Notes under the pieces: generated by a model
What the model saw: the letters and a program-made list of their open reading frames with translations, nothing else
Database searches by the model: none
Told to the model about the DNA's origin: nothing
Shown: piece after piece, positions 33,968 through 47,079 of the stretch
Layout of the letters: every line of letters starts with the position of its first letter
How positions within the stretch are numbered: the stretch's first letter is position 1
Origin: Macrostomum lignano
Lineage: Eukaryota
Reading direction: 5' to 3'
Length of the DNA stretch: 64,000 nt
Assembly (NCBI GenBank): GCA_002269645.1
Contig: NIVC01000992.1
Location: forward strand, 372,001-436,000
Made by a program: the position numbers and the translations under genes

Positions 33968-34745
33968 TAGAGATATGAAGTGTCGGAGATATGAAGTGTC
34001 GGAGATATGAAGTGCCGGAGATTGAAGTGTCGGAGATTGAAGTGTCGGAAATATGAAGTGCCGGAAATATGAAGTGCCGGAAATATGAAGTGCCGGAGAT
34101 TGAAGTGTCGGAGATATGAAGTGCCGGAGATTGAAGTGTCGGAGATTGAAGTGTCGGAGACATGAAGTGCCGGAGACATGAAGTGTCGGAGAGATGAAGT
34201 GTCGGAAATATGAAGTGCCGGAAATATGAAGTGCCGGAAATATGAAGTGCCGGAGATTGAAGTGTCGGAGATATGAAGTGCCGGAGATTGAAGTGTCGGA
34301 GATTGAAGTGTCGGAGACATGAAGTGCCGGAGACATGAAGTGTCGGAGAGATGAAGTGTCGGAAATATGAAGTGCCGGAAATATGAAGTGTCGGAAATAT
34401 GAAGTGCCGGAGATTGAAGTGTCGGAGACATGAAGTGCCAGAGATTGAAGTGTCGGAGATTGAAGTGTCGGAGACATGAAGTGTCGGAGACATGAAGTGT
34501 CGGAGATTGAAGTGTCAGAGATATGAAGTGTCGGAGATTGAAGTGTCGGAGATTGAAATGTCGGAGATTGAAATGTCGGAGATTGAAGTGTCGGAGACAT
34601 GAAGTGTCGGTCGAGATATGAAGTGTCGGAGATATGAAGTGACGAAGATATGAAGTGTCGAAGACATGAAGTATCGGAGACATGAAGTGTCGGAGACATG
34701 AAGTGTCGGAGATATGTAGTGTCGGAGATATGTAGTGTCGGAGAT
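33968..34745. repeat. 16-17-bp degenerate minisatellite (tgaagtgtcggagata/at)
   Basis: About 45 tandem variant units. Confidence 0.92.
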
Positions 34746-34897
34746 ACATGTACAATTGACAGAGCGTTGACTAAATCAATATGCAGCCCGCACTTGAATA
34801 AATAATTTTTTTTTATAAAACTGGGCGTTAAAACAAGAAAATATTTATATTTACAAAAAAGTTTCACAAGCTTTCACGCTGTGGCTACAATAAAGAT

Positions 34898-35647
34898 TCA
34901 GTACACAATAGACAGGTCCACTTCACCGCGGCCCCGTCTTTCACTGGCCGGCAGGCAGCAGGGCCCCAGCCTGGCGTTCGCCAGCAGCAGCAGCAGCAGC
35001 AGATTGACAGTCGAGCAGAAGCAGCAGGCAACCAGCAGCCAGTAGGAGAACCCGAGCCATGCCAGTCCATTGCTGGTCCACTTCAGCTCGGCCGTGTCCT
35101 CCCTGCTGAGCACACTGCTACTCAGGCTGGTGCTGAACGCGGCGCCGAAGACAATCACGGCGGCGAACTGGCAGAGCAGCTGAGCGCCGTTCCAGACGTA
35201 GAGGCCGCCAGGACCGCTGAGTCCGAGCACCGGCCGACGGCTGATATTCAACAAGGCGAAGCCACACGAAACGACGCCCCAGGCGCCGGAGAAAACGCCT
35301 AGTATGACAAGCGCAGTCCAAACTGGAGCAGGAATTGTTGAGGCCGATGACGCCTGCCGTTGCAGCACTTCGGTGTACACGTCAATGATAGTAACCCGAG
35401 GCCCCAAGCCATTGTCAAGGGTTTTCAGTCCGCGAAACAGGCCCAGTCGAATCGAGCCAGTCAGTCGGCTGTTGCTGACATTTTTCAGAGTATTACTGAC
35501 CTCCCAGCTGACGTTCCGTACTGGAGAGGCTTCCACCCAGTTCTCGGTGGCGTAGGCAACCGTCAGCAGTGCCAGTGAGATGCTGCCGAGTAAGAAAACT
35601 AGAACTAGACACAGCTGCCGTCGACCTCGCTTCGGATCAATCGCCAT
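34898..35647 (-). CDS. Clarin-family four-pass membrane protein, single exon, 249 aa
   Basis: TM1 is followed by TENWVEA, then GSIRLGLFRG..LDNGLGPR, RRPVLGLSGPGGLYVWNG and LGFSYWLL, which are clarin hallmarks. There are four hydrophobic segments. Confidence 0.85.
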   Translation of the reverse strand: MAIDPKRGRRQLCLVLVFLLGSISLALLTVAYATENWVEASPVRNVSWEVSNTLKNVSNSRLTGSIRLGLFRGLKTLDNGLGPRVTIIDVYTEVLQRQASSASTIPAPVWTALVILGVFSGAWGVVSCGFALLNISRRPVLGLSGPGGLYVWNGAQLLCQFAAVIVFGAAFSTSLSSSVLSREDTAELKWTSNGLAWLGFSYWLLVACCFCSTVNLLLLLLLANARLGPCCLPASERRGRGEVDLSIVY

Positions 35648-37168
35648 AGAAGTTGTGTGAAGGAGACGGCTCTGCACTTGTAAAATACAGGGAATAATAC
35701 TGTAACGATCAAACTATATGTAATTCATTATCATCGACGAAATCAAGCTTTGAGTACATTGATAGTAAAAATTATATATAAAATGTACATTACACAGTAG
35801 TTTTCTTCGCATTGTAAATGTACATGATCGTAGAAAAGAAGACTTACCAATAGAAGATATTTTTCGATAGAAGTTTTCTTTCTAACAGCAAGTACACGTT
35901 CACTATATGATTTTGGATCTATAGATATCGATACTTATTCTGACATTGGTCATTTAAGTAGAAGTCCAAACGAAGTGCTTTGAATGTATATTTCTGATTG
36001 AATATATCCTGACCATCAAAGGACTTTAGGCTGTTATTATTTAACTTTAGATTTTAAATAAACAGTCACTTTTGCTGAGCGAGCAACCACTCGTCACATT
36101 TTTTCTTTTTTGTTTATATACCTAAAAGCGTCTTGAATATATTTAACTTTTTTGTCTCGCTACTTTTTATGGAACACAACTCAACTTACTTAATACTTAA
36201 ACTTGTTTTATTCATGTAAAATATAATAGGGCCCTTTAACTTTTAACATTTCTGTCACTTAATTTGAAGCATTATATGCACATTTAATTAATTTAAACAT
36301 AGCCTATCTGTCTCGTCAAAGACTCAAAGTGGGCTCTCAATCTTATCTTTAAAATGTTTAGCACTTTTAGCATTGGAAAAAGCATTACAAAGTAGTGTTT
36401 ACAATATAAAATGAATATAATTTGAACTACGGAAATATAATTTAGCCTGTAATCGTGTTGTTCAATGTATTTGTTAATATTTTACACTCATTTTAATGTG
36501 GTAAGGTAATGTTTTATTTATATTTTATTCAACATTCCAGCTTCAAACTCTGTTTTACAAGTTTTAAAAATAAATCCTTGTTTTCTCTTGCAAACATGTC
36601 TATGCTTTATAGCTAATGTTAAATTTAAAATGGTTATGAACATTTTTTTACTAAACAGAACTTGTAAAGAATAAAGAAATTATTCTTTATTTCTTATTTC
36701 TTATTTCTTATTTCTTAAATAAAGAAATCTAAATTCCAGTATTCTAATCTTAGATAGATTATAGATCTGCCAAGCAAGGTCCCAAAGTTTGATAAAAATT
36801 CTAGGATATTTTGTTATACTAGAGGTTAGAGTCAAATCCTGAGATTCTAGCATTTTTTATATCTAGGATTGATTTCCCTTAGTCTAGAATTTTATCTAAG
36901 ATAGTAATACTTGGCCTTGAAGACATTTATTATATGAATATACATTATACATTTGAATATTCAGTTAAAAATAGACAAAATTTGTTGTTGGAATCCTCTA
37001 TTTTTAGCCAAACTGTATCCCTTGTATGATTTTTTCTAGTATATCTCATATTCATTTGGTAATACAAAATGAAATTATTAATTGTGGATAATAATGATTT
37101 TAATTTATCTAACATTTATTTTGATTAAACACCACATTAAATTGATGAATAATTGGCTTCATGAAGGC

Positions 37169-37637
37169 ATGTTAATCCGTGCTCTACCAGTCCTAAGCAA
37201 GCTTCGTATTGTGCTTGGCTCTCAATCGCCACGCCGTCGTGAGCTCCTTGAACGTGCTGGGCTCAGTGGCTTTGCCGTGGTCAGTCCCCAAGTTGACGAA
37301 TCTCTGGAACCTGGCGCTTTGCCTCGCGATGCTGTCCTACAAATTGCCAGGCGCAAATGCCGGGCCCTGGCTAACAGTGACAATCCTGCCATTGTGGAAG
37401 CCCAACTAATCCTGTGCGCCGACACTGTTGTTGTCATTGACAACGGGCGTAGGATTGTTAGCAAGCCTGAGCAGCCAGATGTTGCCAAGCAGATGCTGCG
37501 AGAGTTAAGCGGCCAGGAACATCAGGTGCGAGTAGTGCTTTGCTTGTTGTTTGTACCTTGAAATCCTCCTTTCACCGGTCATCCCACTACGAGTACGAGT
37601 AGGGCGAACTACTGTGGAGCTCATCTTCATTTTGCCG

Positions 37638-37698
<61 letters not shown>

Positions 37699-38219
37699 GG
37701 TAGCTGCCTTGCAAAGGGCAATGCAAGCCAATTCAGCTATTGCATACTTACTAACCATGGCCAACTGTGCTTAACTTGCACGGCTTTGGCTGTTGTTTCT
37801 GTGACCCTTTTAGTCGCTTTTGACGGAAAGCTATTTTTTTAGTTTCTGATAGTTTTAAGCTTGTGAACTAATGCTCAAAGCACCCTAGAGCCTCAATCGT
37901 GTTTGCTGTGGTATGCTTTAATACCGAACTCCACTCTTGCCAATCCGAAACCGCCAGGTATTAACCGCCGTCTGCGTGGCCTACCGCCGTTGCAGCGCCG
38001 ACGCGTTCGCTTTCGACGAATTTGTCGAATCTACGTCGGTAGTGTTTGGTCAGCTCGACGACATGATCATCGATGGACAAAGCGGGTGGCTACGGCATCC
38101 AGGGCCTCGGCTGCAGTCTTGTTGAATCGATACAGGGCGATTATTACAATGTGATGGGGCTACCTGTGCACAGGCTGGGCTGTTATTTGGACAGAATCTG
38201 TCGGGACACATTTGTATAG
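37169..38219 (+). pseudogene. maf: Maf/ASMTL-type nucleoside triphosphate pyrophosphatase with a frameshifting deletion (pseudogene, variant allele or assembly error)
   Basis: Exon 1 (37169-37525) has IVLGSQSPRRRELL and LILCADTVV..IVSKP..MLRELSGQEHQ. Exon 2 starts at 37958 with [19 protein letters not shown], but [21 protein letters not shown] continues in another frame from 38073. Confidence 0.8.
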
Positions 38220-39594
38220 GAACTGTAGTACGAGTAATAAGTGTTCAGCGAGGGTCGTCTCACAAACCCTAATTTTCACAACGTCGAAACCAAAACCTTT
38301 CAAAGACCTATATTTCATAAACCCTAATATTCACAATGTCGAAAAAAAGCAATGCATCAGATTTCACAAGACCTAAATTTCATAACACCTAAAAGGCATG
38401 CACAGAATTTCACAAGCCATAAATTTCACAAGCCCGCAAGTTGTAGAACCGTAAAAGAGTCGTTGTGTTAGCGTTTAATTTTCTACTAACTCAATTAGAC
38501 TAAAATAGAGTTTTTATAAATGCGAAATTCGATTCTAATTCACAGTGTGATACAGGTGTGCTTTAGATGCAACCCAGTGGTTCTATCAGCGACTCTAGCA
38601 CGCCTCAGATACGGCTCTAGGGCCCCAGAGTCACTTGCATCGACCCGAAGGCGTTTCAGAGTCGCAGACAATAAAAGGCCTCAAATGGACTCCTAGGCGA
38701 CTTGTACTGCGACATATCGTCGTTTTAGAGTCGCTTAGAGTCATTTATCCTTCCTGTTTACCTGCAACGACTCTGGGCGACGCAAGTGACTATGGGTCGC
38801 TTCTTGGCGTGGGCACCGTTTTTATCGGGATTGTCAGCTTAACAATAAACTAACAACAATACGCTCGCAGTTCATTTTGTCCTTGAATTCGTTCAAGGAA
38901 AATATAACAGCTCTGTCAAGCACTGTTCCTCTGAGCTTTGTTTTAATGTTGATCTAAGCATTTCACATGTTTAAATTTTCGGCAAGTGCTTTGCCAGTAA
39001 AACCTTTTTATCGCATTAGTTGCGAATCAATTTTTAACAGTCAAGTTTAAATCAATAGTCTGACTGATCAATAGCATTTTGCTAAATTTGAGTTACTTAC
39101 TTCATGGTGCCATATTGAATGCAATATATGAAATGGAGTTCAATTAAAACCAGGATTAAATAATCTTGGCTTATTATTGGTTGAATGATCCCCAGCCATT
39201 GGAGAGAACTATTGAACGGTTCTTGAAAATTCTACGAAGTCTTGTTTATTATTTATTTCGCAATAGGATGGAGCTTATTTAGCAATGTTGAACCTTATAC
39301 GTGTAGCTTTTTGTCATATTCGCATTATTGTTCAGTAAATGTGTTTAAATATATATTGCGACTAGAATTCTAAGTTGCTAACTTCCTACGAGTATGAGCG
39401 TATAATCGTAACTACTGATATTATATTTTAACCGTTCTACAAGCCTAGTTCAAAAGTAGGGTCGCTCTCAAAAGCATGAATGTTCACATCATAAATTTGT
39501 AGAATAGTGAATTTCTTAAGCTCGAAGCTCAAAAATCTTGTGAAACACTCCCTAGAAAGTAAACGTCGATTGACGAAGTTTTCAGACATTCCTT

Positions 39595-42289
39595 TCAGCC
39601 GTTCCATCCCTTCAGACACTTGGGCACGCAACGAACTCCAACCGACCGCCGATGTCGCCGCTTCAGTAGCAGAAACGCCGCAGTCCGAAACACAATCAAC
39701 AGGCCGAACATAACGCCAACGCTTAGCCACGGCGGCGCCAGCGGGTCCTGCATCGCGGCTAAAACTTCGCGGCCAGATATAACGCCGGTGCCATTGCTAG
39801 CGATACATGTTGGGTACTTGCTAGAACTGGACGCGCTGGTAACTGCGCACTGCAGCTCTGGCATGCCGTTGAACACAACGTACACGTGGAACTGGAATGC
39901 ATAGCGAATGAAGGAGAGCCAGCGAACCCAGCCCAGGGCTGGCGGGAATCTTGTCAGGAAGAGACCGCCAGCCGTGAAGGCTAAAAATAGCAGCGTGAAC
40001 GCGGCGGCAAGATTGGCCTTGGGCCTGCGGGACACCAGGCTGAAGAACATGCCCATGCCCTGGCAGGCCAGTACATTCAACAGAAGCATGCTGGTGAACT
40101 CCACATATGTTCCAGCGCTGCCCAAATCGGCGGCCCAGAAGATAATACTGAGCGAAATCAGAGGCAAGATGATCTGGGTTGGAGCCTCCGTGACTGTTTT
40201 AGCCAAATAGTACGCACTGATCTTGTACTTGTTTGCAAGCAGCTCATGCTGCACTATGGTCAGATCCTCCGTAAAAGAACTCAACGGTTCCAGGATGTTG
40301 ATGTTGCTCTGGCTGAGTGTCAAATAAAACAGCAGGCCAAGAATGTCTTTTATATCTTCTTCGCGGCGTTGGATGTGAAACCACAGTGCCGACACCAGCA
40401 CTGTAAACACTGTGTACTGCACCAGCGGGAACACGGCGAATGATCTCAGGCTTGAAACCTGAATTGGGAGAATGATTATGACTTTAGTTTTGCGAAATTT
40501 TCTGTAAAATATCTCCGAATTCGAGTACTACCTGAAAATTTCGCACCACCAATGCTCTGAACTGGGCCCACCAGCTGGCTTTTCGCTGCTCCTCTCTGGC
40601 ACTCTCTAAAAACTTCAGCGGCTGCGACTCGGTAGCGCTAGAGGCAGCGCCTGTGTCTTGCATGAGGCCGTCGCGCCACTGATCGGCCTTGAAGACAAAG
40701 GTGTCGCCTGTCTCGCGCATCGGAATCGCGTCATAGCCGCACCCGGGGTCGGCAGTTCCGACAGGCGACATCGGTGGCGGAAGCGACGCGTCCGTAAACA
40801 GTTCTCGGCCCTTCTCCAGAATCAGCGCGCGCTTGCCAGATGTCACCGCCTCCATAAGATAGTCAGCCGGGTTCCAGTCCTTGGGAAACGGCACCCCGAT
40901 GCAGTCGAAATAATTAGCCATGTCTTTTCGTTGGCCGCGATAGCACACGTGGCCGTCGACCAGAAGCAAAACATCGTCAAATACGTGGTAGATGTGCGAC
41001 GATGGCTGGTGAATGCTGGTGATCACAATGCGGTTGTTGCTAGTGGCCCAGTCGTGCAGCAGGCGTACGATTGAGTGCGCCAGACTGGCATCTAGCCCGG
41101 ATGTCGGTTCGTCAAGTAGCAGCACACGGGGATCGTGCAGCAGCTCGCAGGCGATGCTGGCGCGGCGTTTTTCACCTCCGGAGAGACCCTTGTCCAGAAA
41201 ATCCCCGATTCGCGTGTCGATGCACCTGTTGAATAATTGTTACAATAATTCTCTGCAATACGACTTTGGCTAGACAGATATATAAAACAGTACAAAAAGT
41301 ATATAAAACAGTTCTTATATAATATATTTATGTGTAAGTACACAGCTTGTAACGAACAAGGATTGGCTGATTCAGGTTGGAACCTGTAACATGTACGGTC
41401 GTAGACATGTACATGTAACAATGCAAGGCAACTTTATCCTACACAGCCTTAAAGTGAGTCATCAAGTCTACTTGCGTATGCAGCAGACAGGAGGACCGCA
41501 GCTCCCAACTGTCCTCCACCAAAAAGCACCCAATTCAAAAAAACAAAACGAAAGAGACCAACAAACTTGAATGTCACGAACTCCATTCTATTTTAGTCAC
41601 CCCTTTGATATGACATAATATAAAAATAGTTACAAAGACACAGGACGTACTAAGACACAAGTGACTACCAAGAGACATAGGGGTCGTACTATAAAGCTGT
41701 CGTAGCGTAAGTTAAGTTCGATCGTACGTCGGAACTTTTACACTACGGAGATGGGAGCTAAGAACGATCTTATCTTACGATGGCTTTATAGAACGGGCCC
41801 ATAGTATCTACCAACCGACAGGGTGCCCGCAAAGTGAAATATAGCGAGTGGCGTTTACAAATGCCGCAGCCCTCAATTCATCAAAGCAACTTACTTCTCC
41901 AGCTCCAAAGCTTCAACTACTCGACCGATTCGCCGCATTTTTTCTGCCGGTCCAACCTCCGAGCCGAGTCGAACTTCGGCCGTAAACTGCAGCATCTGGC
42001 GCAGTGTCAACTGTGGAAAGAACACGTCTTCCTGGGTGACGTAGCCGAATCCTTTCTGCGTCTTGCGCGACACGGCCTGTCGGCCAAGTTTCAGACAGCC
42101 GCTGTCTAACGGCAGCCGGCCGCACAGCGAGTGCAGCAAAGTGGTCTTGCCGCTGCCACTCGGGCCCATCACAGCTGTGAGTCGGCCGCTCTCACTGCGA
42201 AAGCTGACGCTATTTAGTACGGGAGTGTCGCAATCTTTGACGAACACCGTCAGATTTTGCAGCGTCAGCGTCAAGTGGCGTTGCCGCAT
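39595..42289 (-). CDS. ABCG (white-like) half-transporter, NBD-TMD; 3 exons, 650 aa
   Basis: Exons are 42289-41895, 41225-40532 and 40458-39595, with phases 2 and 0. Motifs are Walker A GPSGSGKTT, Q-loop YVTQED, signature LSGGEKRR, Walker B LLLDEPTSGLD and H-loop TSIHQP, followed by about six TM segments and WVRWLSFIRYAF. Confidence 0.93.
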
Positions 42290-43292
42290 AGCTTTTTTTC
42301 TGGCGAGAATATTCGCTGGACACAAAAAATCACTGTTGCTGTTTGGGAAAATGAGATTTTAAAGATATTTATTCGAACGGTTTAAGCCCCATTTTTAACG
42401 GCCGGGTCACGTTTATTGTGTGGGAGGCCATGCAAAGATTCAGAAGAAGCTATTAGACATTTTCTGTTTCAAGTAAAGCCCAGTTTAAGATTGTGCCTTT
42501 CTTGCCTGGGTTAAAGATTAGGGTGAGAGTCTGTTGATTTTTAAAATCATGCGGATTCTCTGAAGCCAACCAACCCCCCTCGAATCAGTCTTAGAAAGCG
42601 ACAAGGGCAGAAACGAAAAAAAGACGAATTCGGTTTTTCTAGCAAATCTCGGGCTGCATCTGTCTTATGAACCTGCTGCTGCGACGAGTTTTATGGACCG
42701 TGTGATGACGACGTAAGACGACGTATCGAAAAGCGATTTAATTTATTTTATCCAAGTGTTACTGTTGTGACCAGCTTCCAGCTCCTGAGTCTGGACACAC
42801 AAGTTTGAAGGCCTAACTTAACTATCTCAGTGATTGAGCAACCAGCTGTTTTAAAAAAACTATGAGATATTTATTTCACATTCTTTTCTTGCTACTACAT
42901 GTATTTAGTAGGCGATCTTCCATAAATTTTTTCGTTTAGAAATTTCTTTAGCAAAGTACTTTTATTGGTTTTCATAGGGAATAACGATGAAAGTTTGAAA
43001 GACTTGCTTGAGCACTATTTTCAAAGGCCATAAACAGCTTTGTGATTTAGATATCGCTGAAAGTATTTGTAGTTATTAATACAGAATGTTTGGAATCTAG
43101 ACGGCTTGTGATGTAGATGTAGGAAGTTACGCATGTATTGTAAATTGATACTAGAGGTGTTCGGGATTGGAACCCCGAACCCACGTCCCGAACTTTAATC
43201 CCGACTCCGAAAATCCCGACGTATACGAACATATGGTAATTCTGAAAGTTAACGAAACTTCAAAAACCCAGTCCCGAACCCCAATCCCGACC

Positions 43293-43358
43293 CAGGGACA
43301 ACTAAAACACTCAGTGTAGAGTGTTGAGTGTTAGTGTTGAGTGTTTTAGTTGTCCCTG
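43293..43358. mobile_element. 66-bp hAT-type mini-MITE
   Basis: Perfect 21-bp TIRs (CAGGGACAACTAAAACACTCA) are flanked by TCCCGACC and TCGCGACC, an 8-bp TSD with one mismatch. Confidence 0.8.
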
Positions 43359-44077
43359 TCGCGACCCCAAATGCTTGCACATAAGTGATCCTGAGAGCAC
43401 ACATTTTTTATGAGAACCATTTTTCTCTAAAAAATATCCCAACCCAGAAATTTCTAAACCCTCCACAATTAAAATAGCAGTCTTTACAGCCCTGAGCCGA
43501 CACCCTAAATGGAGCTCCGAGATCCTATAGCTTAGCTATAGAAGATAAAGAGCCTCATTACTAGCAGAGGGATATTTGTGGCAATAGTTTTAAGCTGCTG
43601 GTCTGCTGGTCTGTCTGCTTCTAACCAGCTAGACTGAAAATTCTTAGTCTATCCTCCCGCAGCTTCATGCCGTCTGTCAGCAGCCCACATCCAGTTGAAG
43701 CCATCATTTTGGAAAAAAATTCAACAAACTGCCCACGCTCAGCTTTTGACGCGAAATTGTATTATTTATCTTCGCCCAACTCCCTATTGGGAATAGCGCA
43801 TTAGTTTCCAACACTCACGGTCTGCTATTGATGCCATATTTGGGAACGGCACTTCATTGGCTCCGGTGTGGGAGAAAGGTAGACAGGGTGTGGGAGAAAG
43901 GTAGACAGAGAGATGGAGACGAGAGTCCACTAGAATGGCGCCACTTGATCCATAAAAGCTTCCTGTCCGTCTACCGTCGACCTGTCTACAACTAAAAAAA
44001 TGAATTACTAAACTAGTAATTCACATTACTAAGTAGAGCAGCTGCTTATCATAGTTAAAACACTCTTCGGATTCGGC

Positions 44078-46115
44078 ATGTGGACCAAGGTCTGTCTGAT
44101 TGCCTGCCTGGCTGCAGTGACTGCTTCAGGGATGGCTGAGTCGCAGAAATTCTGCAAGCCAATGCGACTCGTACCCTCTCCCAAACCCGTCTGGCTGGAC
44201 GCGACTTTGAGCAGTGACGTCATCACCGAGACCAACGTGGCTTCGGTGCAAGACTGTCTGCTCAGGTGTCGAATGAGAGGCTGCGCTGTGGCGGTTGTTC
44301 CCAAGGGCGCCTCCACCTGCCAGCTCGTCATCATCAACGATGCGTCGCAGTCTCCGGGACCGACGGCGAGTCACGTGACGCGACTGCTGGGCTCCGAGGT
44401 GGGCGAATCCGTGTGGACGGCGGATAACCTCGAGCAGCTGATCCGGGAGAGGGCCTACAAACTGGACGTTGTCTTTAAAAGTGAGCAAGTCATGAATTAG
44501 TTTATAAATTACTTTAACTAGCAATTATCACGTTAAATTAACATGTTTATCACGTTGTATGTTATCACGTTTCGGATGTTGAAACTCAGTCCGAAAGAAT
44601 TATTTAGGCTCACGAAGTGCTTTTAAGTGTTCTGTATCCGAGCAAGAGAAGGAAAATTTTAACTTTACAGATCCTAACTTTGACATTGAGGTGTCCTTGG
44701 TCAAAGAATATCACTCGGTCTCTTTTTTGGTCCCAAGACTCGAAGCGCGCCCTGTGACTCTAGTCTCATTTTTAGTACCTTGTGTTTGTGCACTTTTATT
44801 GTACATGTAGAAGTTGAAGAAGATGCTAATAGAATTTTTATTCATTTTGCCCAGTAAAGTATCTAAGTGAAAGCAAAATATCTGTTCGACAATTCCCAGA
44901 TCTCACTGTTTTTTACTGCGTTCTGAATTCAGACTCAGCCTCGGGCAGAAATGGCTCCATCTGGACCCTGCCGATCGAGTTCTCCGGCTGCTACCGCATC
45001 GAGGCCGCTGGAGCCAGAGGCGGCGCCAACCTGCCCGAAGCCACTGTCGGTGGCCACGGAGCCACCGCGGCTGCCAACTTCAGCCTGACGGCCGGAATCC
45101 AGCTGGCCATCGCAGTCGGGCAGGCGGGCATCAACGCTACTGCGGACGACGCTGCGCCCGGCGGAGGCGGCGGCAGCTTTGTGTGGAGAAGCGACGTGCC
45201 GGAGACTCCGCTGCTACTGGCTGCCGGCGGCGGCGGTGGAGGCGCCAGAAATAGACACGGTGAGCGAATGCTCCACTTATTGTGATTTTTCATTGTGGTA
45301 ATATTTTTATTGCTTTTTCCTTGACGGGAGAGTTTCTCATTTTTAAAAGAATGGAATTCGAAAATGAAACACAAACATGTTTCCTGTCTTCCAAAATCAG
45401 ATAACTTTGACCTCAGGTCAGTCCCCCTACATGTACTAGCCAGTTAAACTTTTCACAAGAAATTCCTCAAGAACTTTTTTATTTGTATCATTTCGTGAAC
45501 ATGTCCATTGACTCGTTGTCATCATAGGCTTTGCACATCGAGTGTGACTTCGAACCAATATATGAAGCACTGATAAAACCGATAGACGACACTTGTCCTG
45601 TCTTCCAATTTTAAGGTTTTCCTGGTGAAAGCGGTTGCAACGGCAGCAACTCTGTGGGCCACAACTTAGCTCTGTCTGGCTATGGCGGAGGCGACGGACA
45701 GCCCGGCTTCAACGAGCCGCTGCTGACTGGCTCAGGATTCAACCACGGCGGCTGCGGCGCCGGCTGGCTCGGTAGGGCCGTCAACCCGAGGCGAAACTCC
45801 AGTGATGGAGAGCGAGGCGGCAGTCTGGCCAACGGCTGGGTCGGCGGCGGCGGCGGCGACGGAGGAGGCGGCGACGGCGGATTCGGCGGAGGCGGCGGAG
45901 GTGGCGGCAATCGCTACGGCAGAAGAGGAGCCCCGGGCGCCGGCGGTGGCTTCAGCGGAGGCGGCGCTGGTCGCGGAGTTGGCCACGCGGCCGGCGGTGG
46001 CGGCTCCGTCTGCATCGGCGGCAGCGGCTTCGTTGCCGTCAAGGGCGGCAACACCTACAGCGAGCAGGGCAGCGTGGCGGTGCTTCTGGTGAACGCAATC
46101 ACCGCCGGATGTTGA
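44078..46115 (+). CDS. Secreted PAN/apple-like + ALK/LTK-type glycine-rich domain protein, paralog 2; 3 exons, 409 aa
   Basis: Exons are 44078-44480, 44933-45259 and 45616-46115, with two phase-1 GT-AG introns. There is a signal peptide (MWTKVCLIACLAAVTASG) and the motifs SVQDCLLRCRMRGCA..CQL, GCYRIEAAGARGG, GGGGGSFVW..LLLAAGGGGG and GGGFSGGG. There is no TM segment. Confidence 0.88.
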
Positions 46116-47079
46116 TCTTCAGGATGCGGAATGAAGTCTGAATTTTAACATTAATTTTGCAAACAAAAATTACTCTAAAAAATAACTAACGAAAGAATTT
46201 TTGAGATTACGAGCGTATGTCGCTTTTTGTGTAACCACTATACTCGTGTCGAATCATTCCGCTCCTTCCCAATGTCTATCTATCCTCTTACACTTCTTCT
46301 CTAATGAAAATTTGCTTATAGATGCCCCCTCAAGCAAGCAATACCAGAGGTTTTATACCACGTTTTATCTAAATGTGCATTGTATGCTCAGTCCAAATTA
46401 AACTTTATTTTCATTTTCAGCCAATGAGCCACAATAGAGATGCATCATCAAACTCTGATGATGTGGGCTTCATACTTCTTTACCTGTAGGTAAGCAAAAT
46501 TTTGTGCAATTAAATGTTACTATTTTGACTTTAAGTGAAGTTTAATTCACTGCGGCACCTGTAGGTCTTACGGGTCAAAAAGTTGAACACTGCTTCAAGT
46601 ACAAACCTAAACCTGATTTTTAAAACAAATATTTAATTTTACATTTCACTGACGCTCAGCCGAGGTATGGCGTCGTTATCCATTTATGCAGTTGTAAAGT
46701 ACATATTTGTCAGCGACGTCGATAGACGTCAGAAACGTTGGCCGACGTCGAATGGATCAACAAGTATGTAACCTTCGGTCTCCAGATTTTTTATTATTTA
46801 ATTACTAAAAACCGATGGCTCAGCCGCCTCATTGCTAGAGTTGGGATCCTATATGCTAAAAATAGTGTTTCCGATATGTCTATGTTCTTAGCTTACTAGC
46901 CTACCAACACAAAGCTTTATTGGCAAGTGTCAATGCAAGTTTCTATTCGAGGGTGCCGTGCAACTTTCCGGCTCGCTAGAAGAATATTTACCGCAGCAAT
47001 AAGACTTCGTTAGGGTTTTTTTACTCCCGGGACTTCTTCGAATCAGGCGTCGCAAAGAAGACACAATCGCGCAATTGAA

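Noticed and set aside
38575-38810. Clusters of GAGTCGC/GCGACTC motifs in both orientations (also GACGTC-rich patches at about 46640-46760 and 56595-56725)
   Set aside because: They suggest decayed MITE subterminal repeats, but I could not define TIRs or TSDs.
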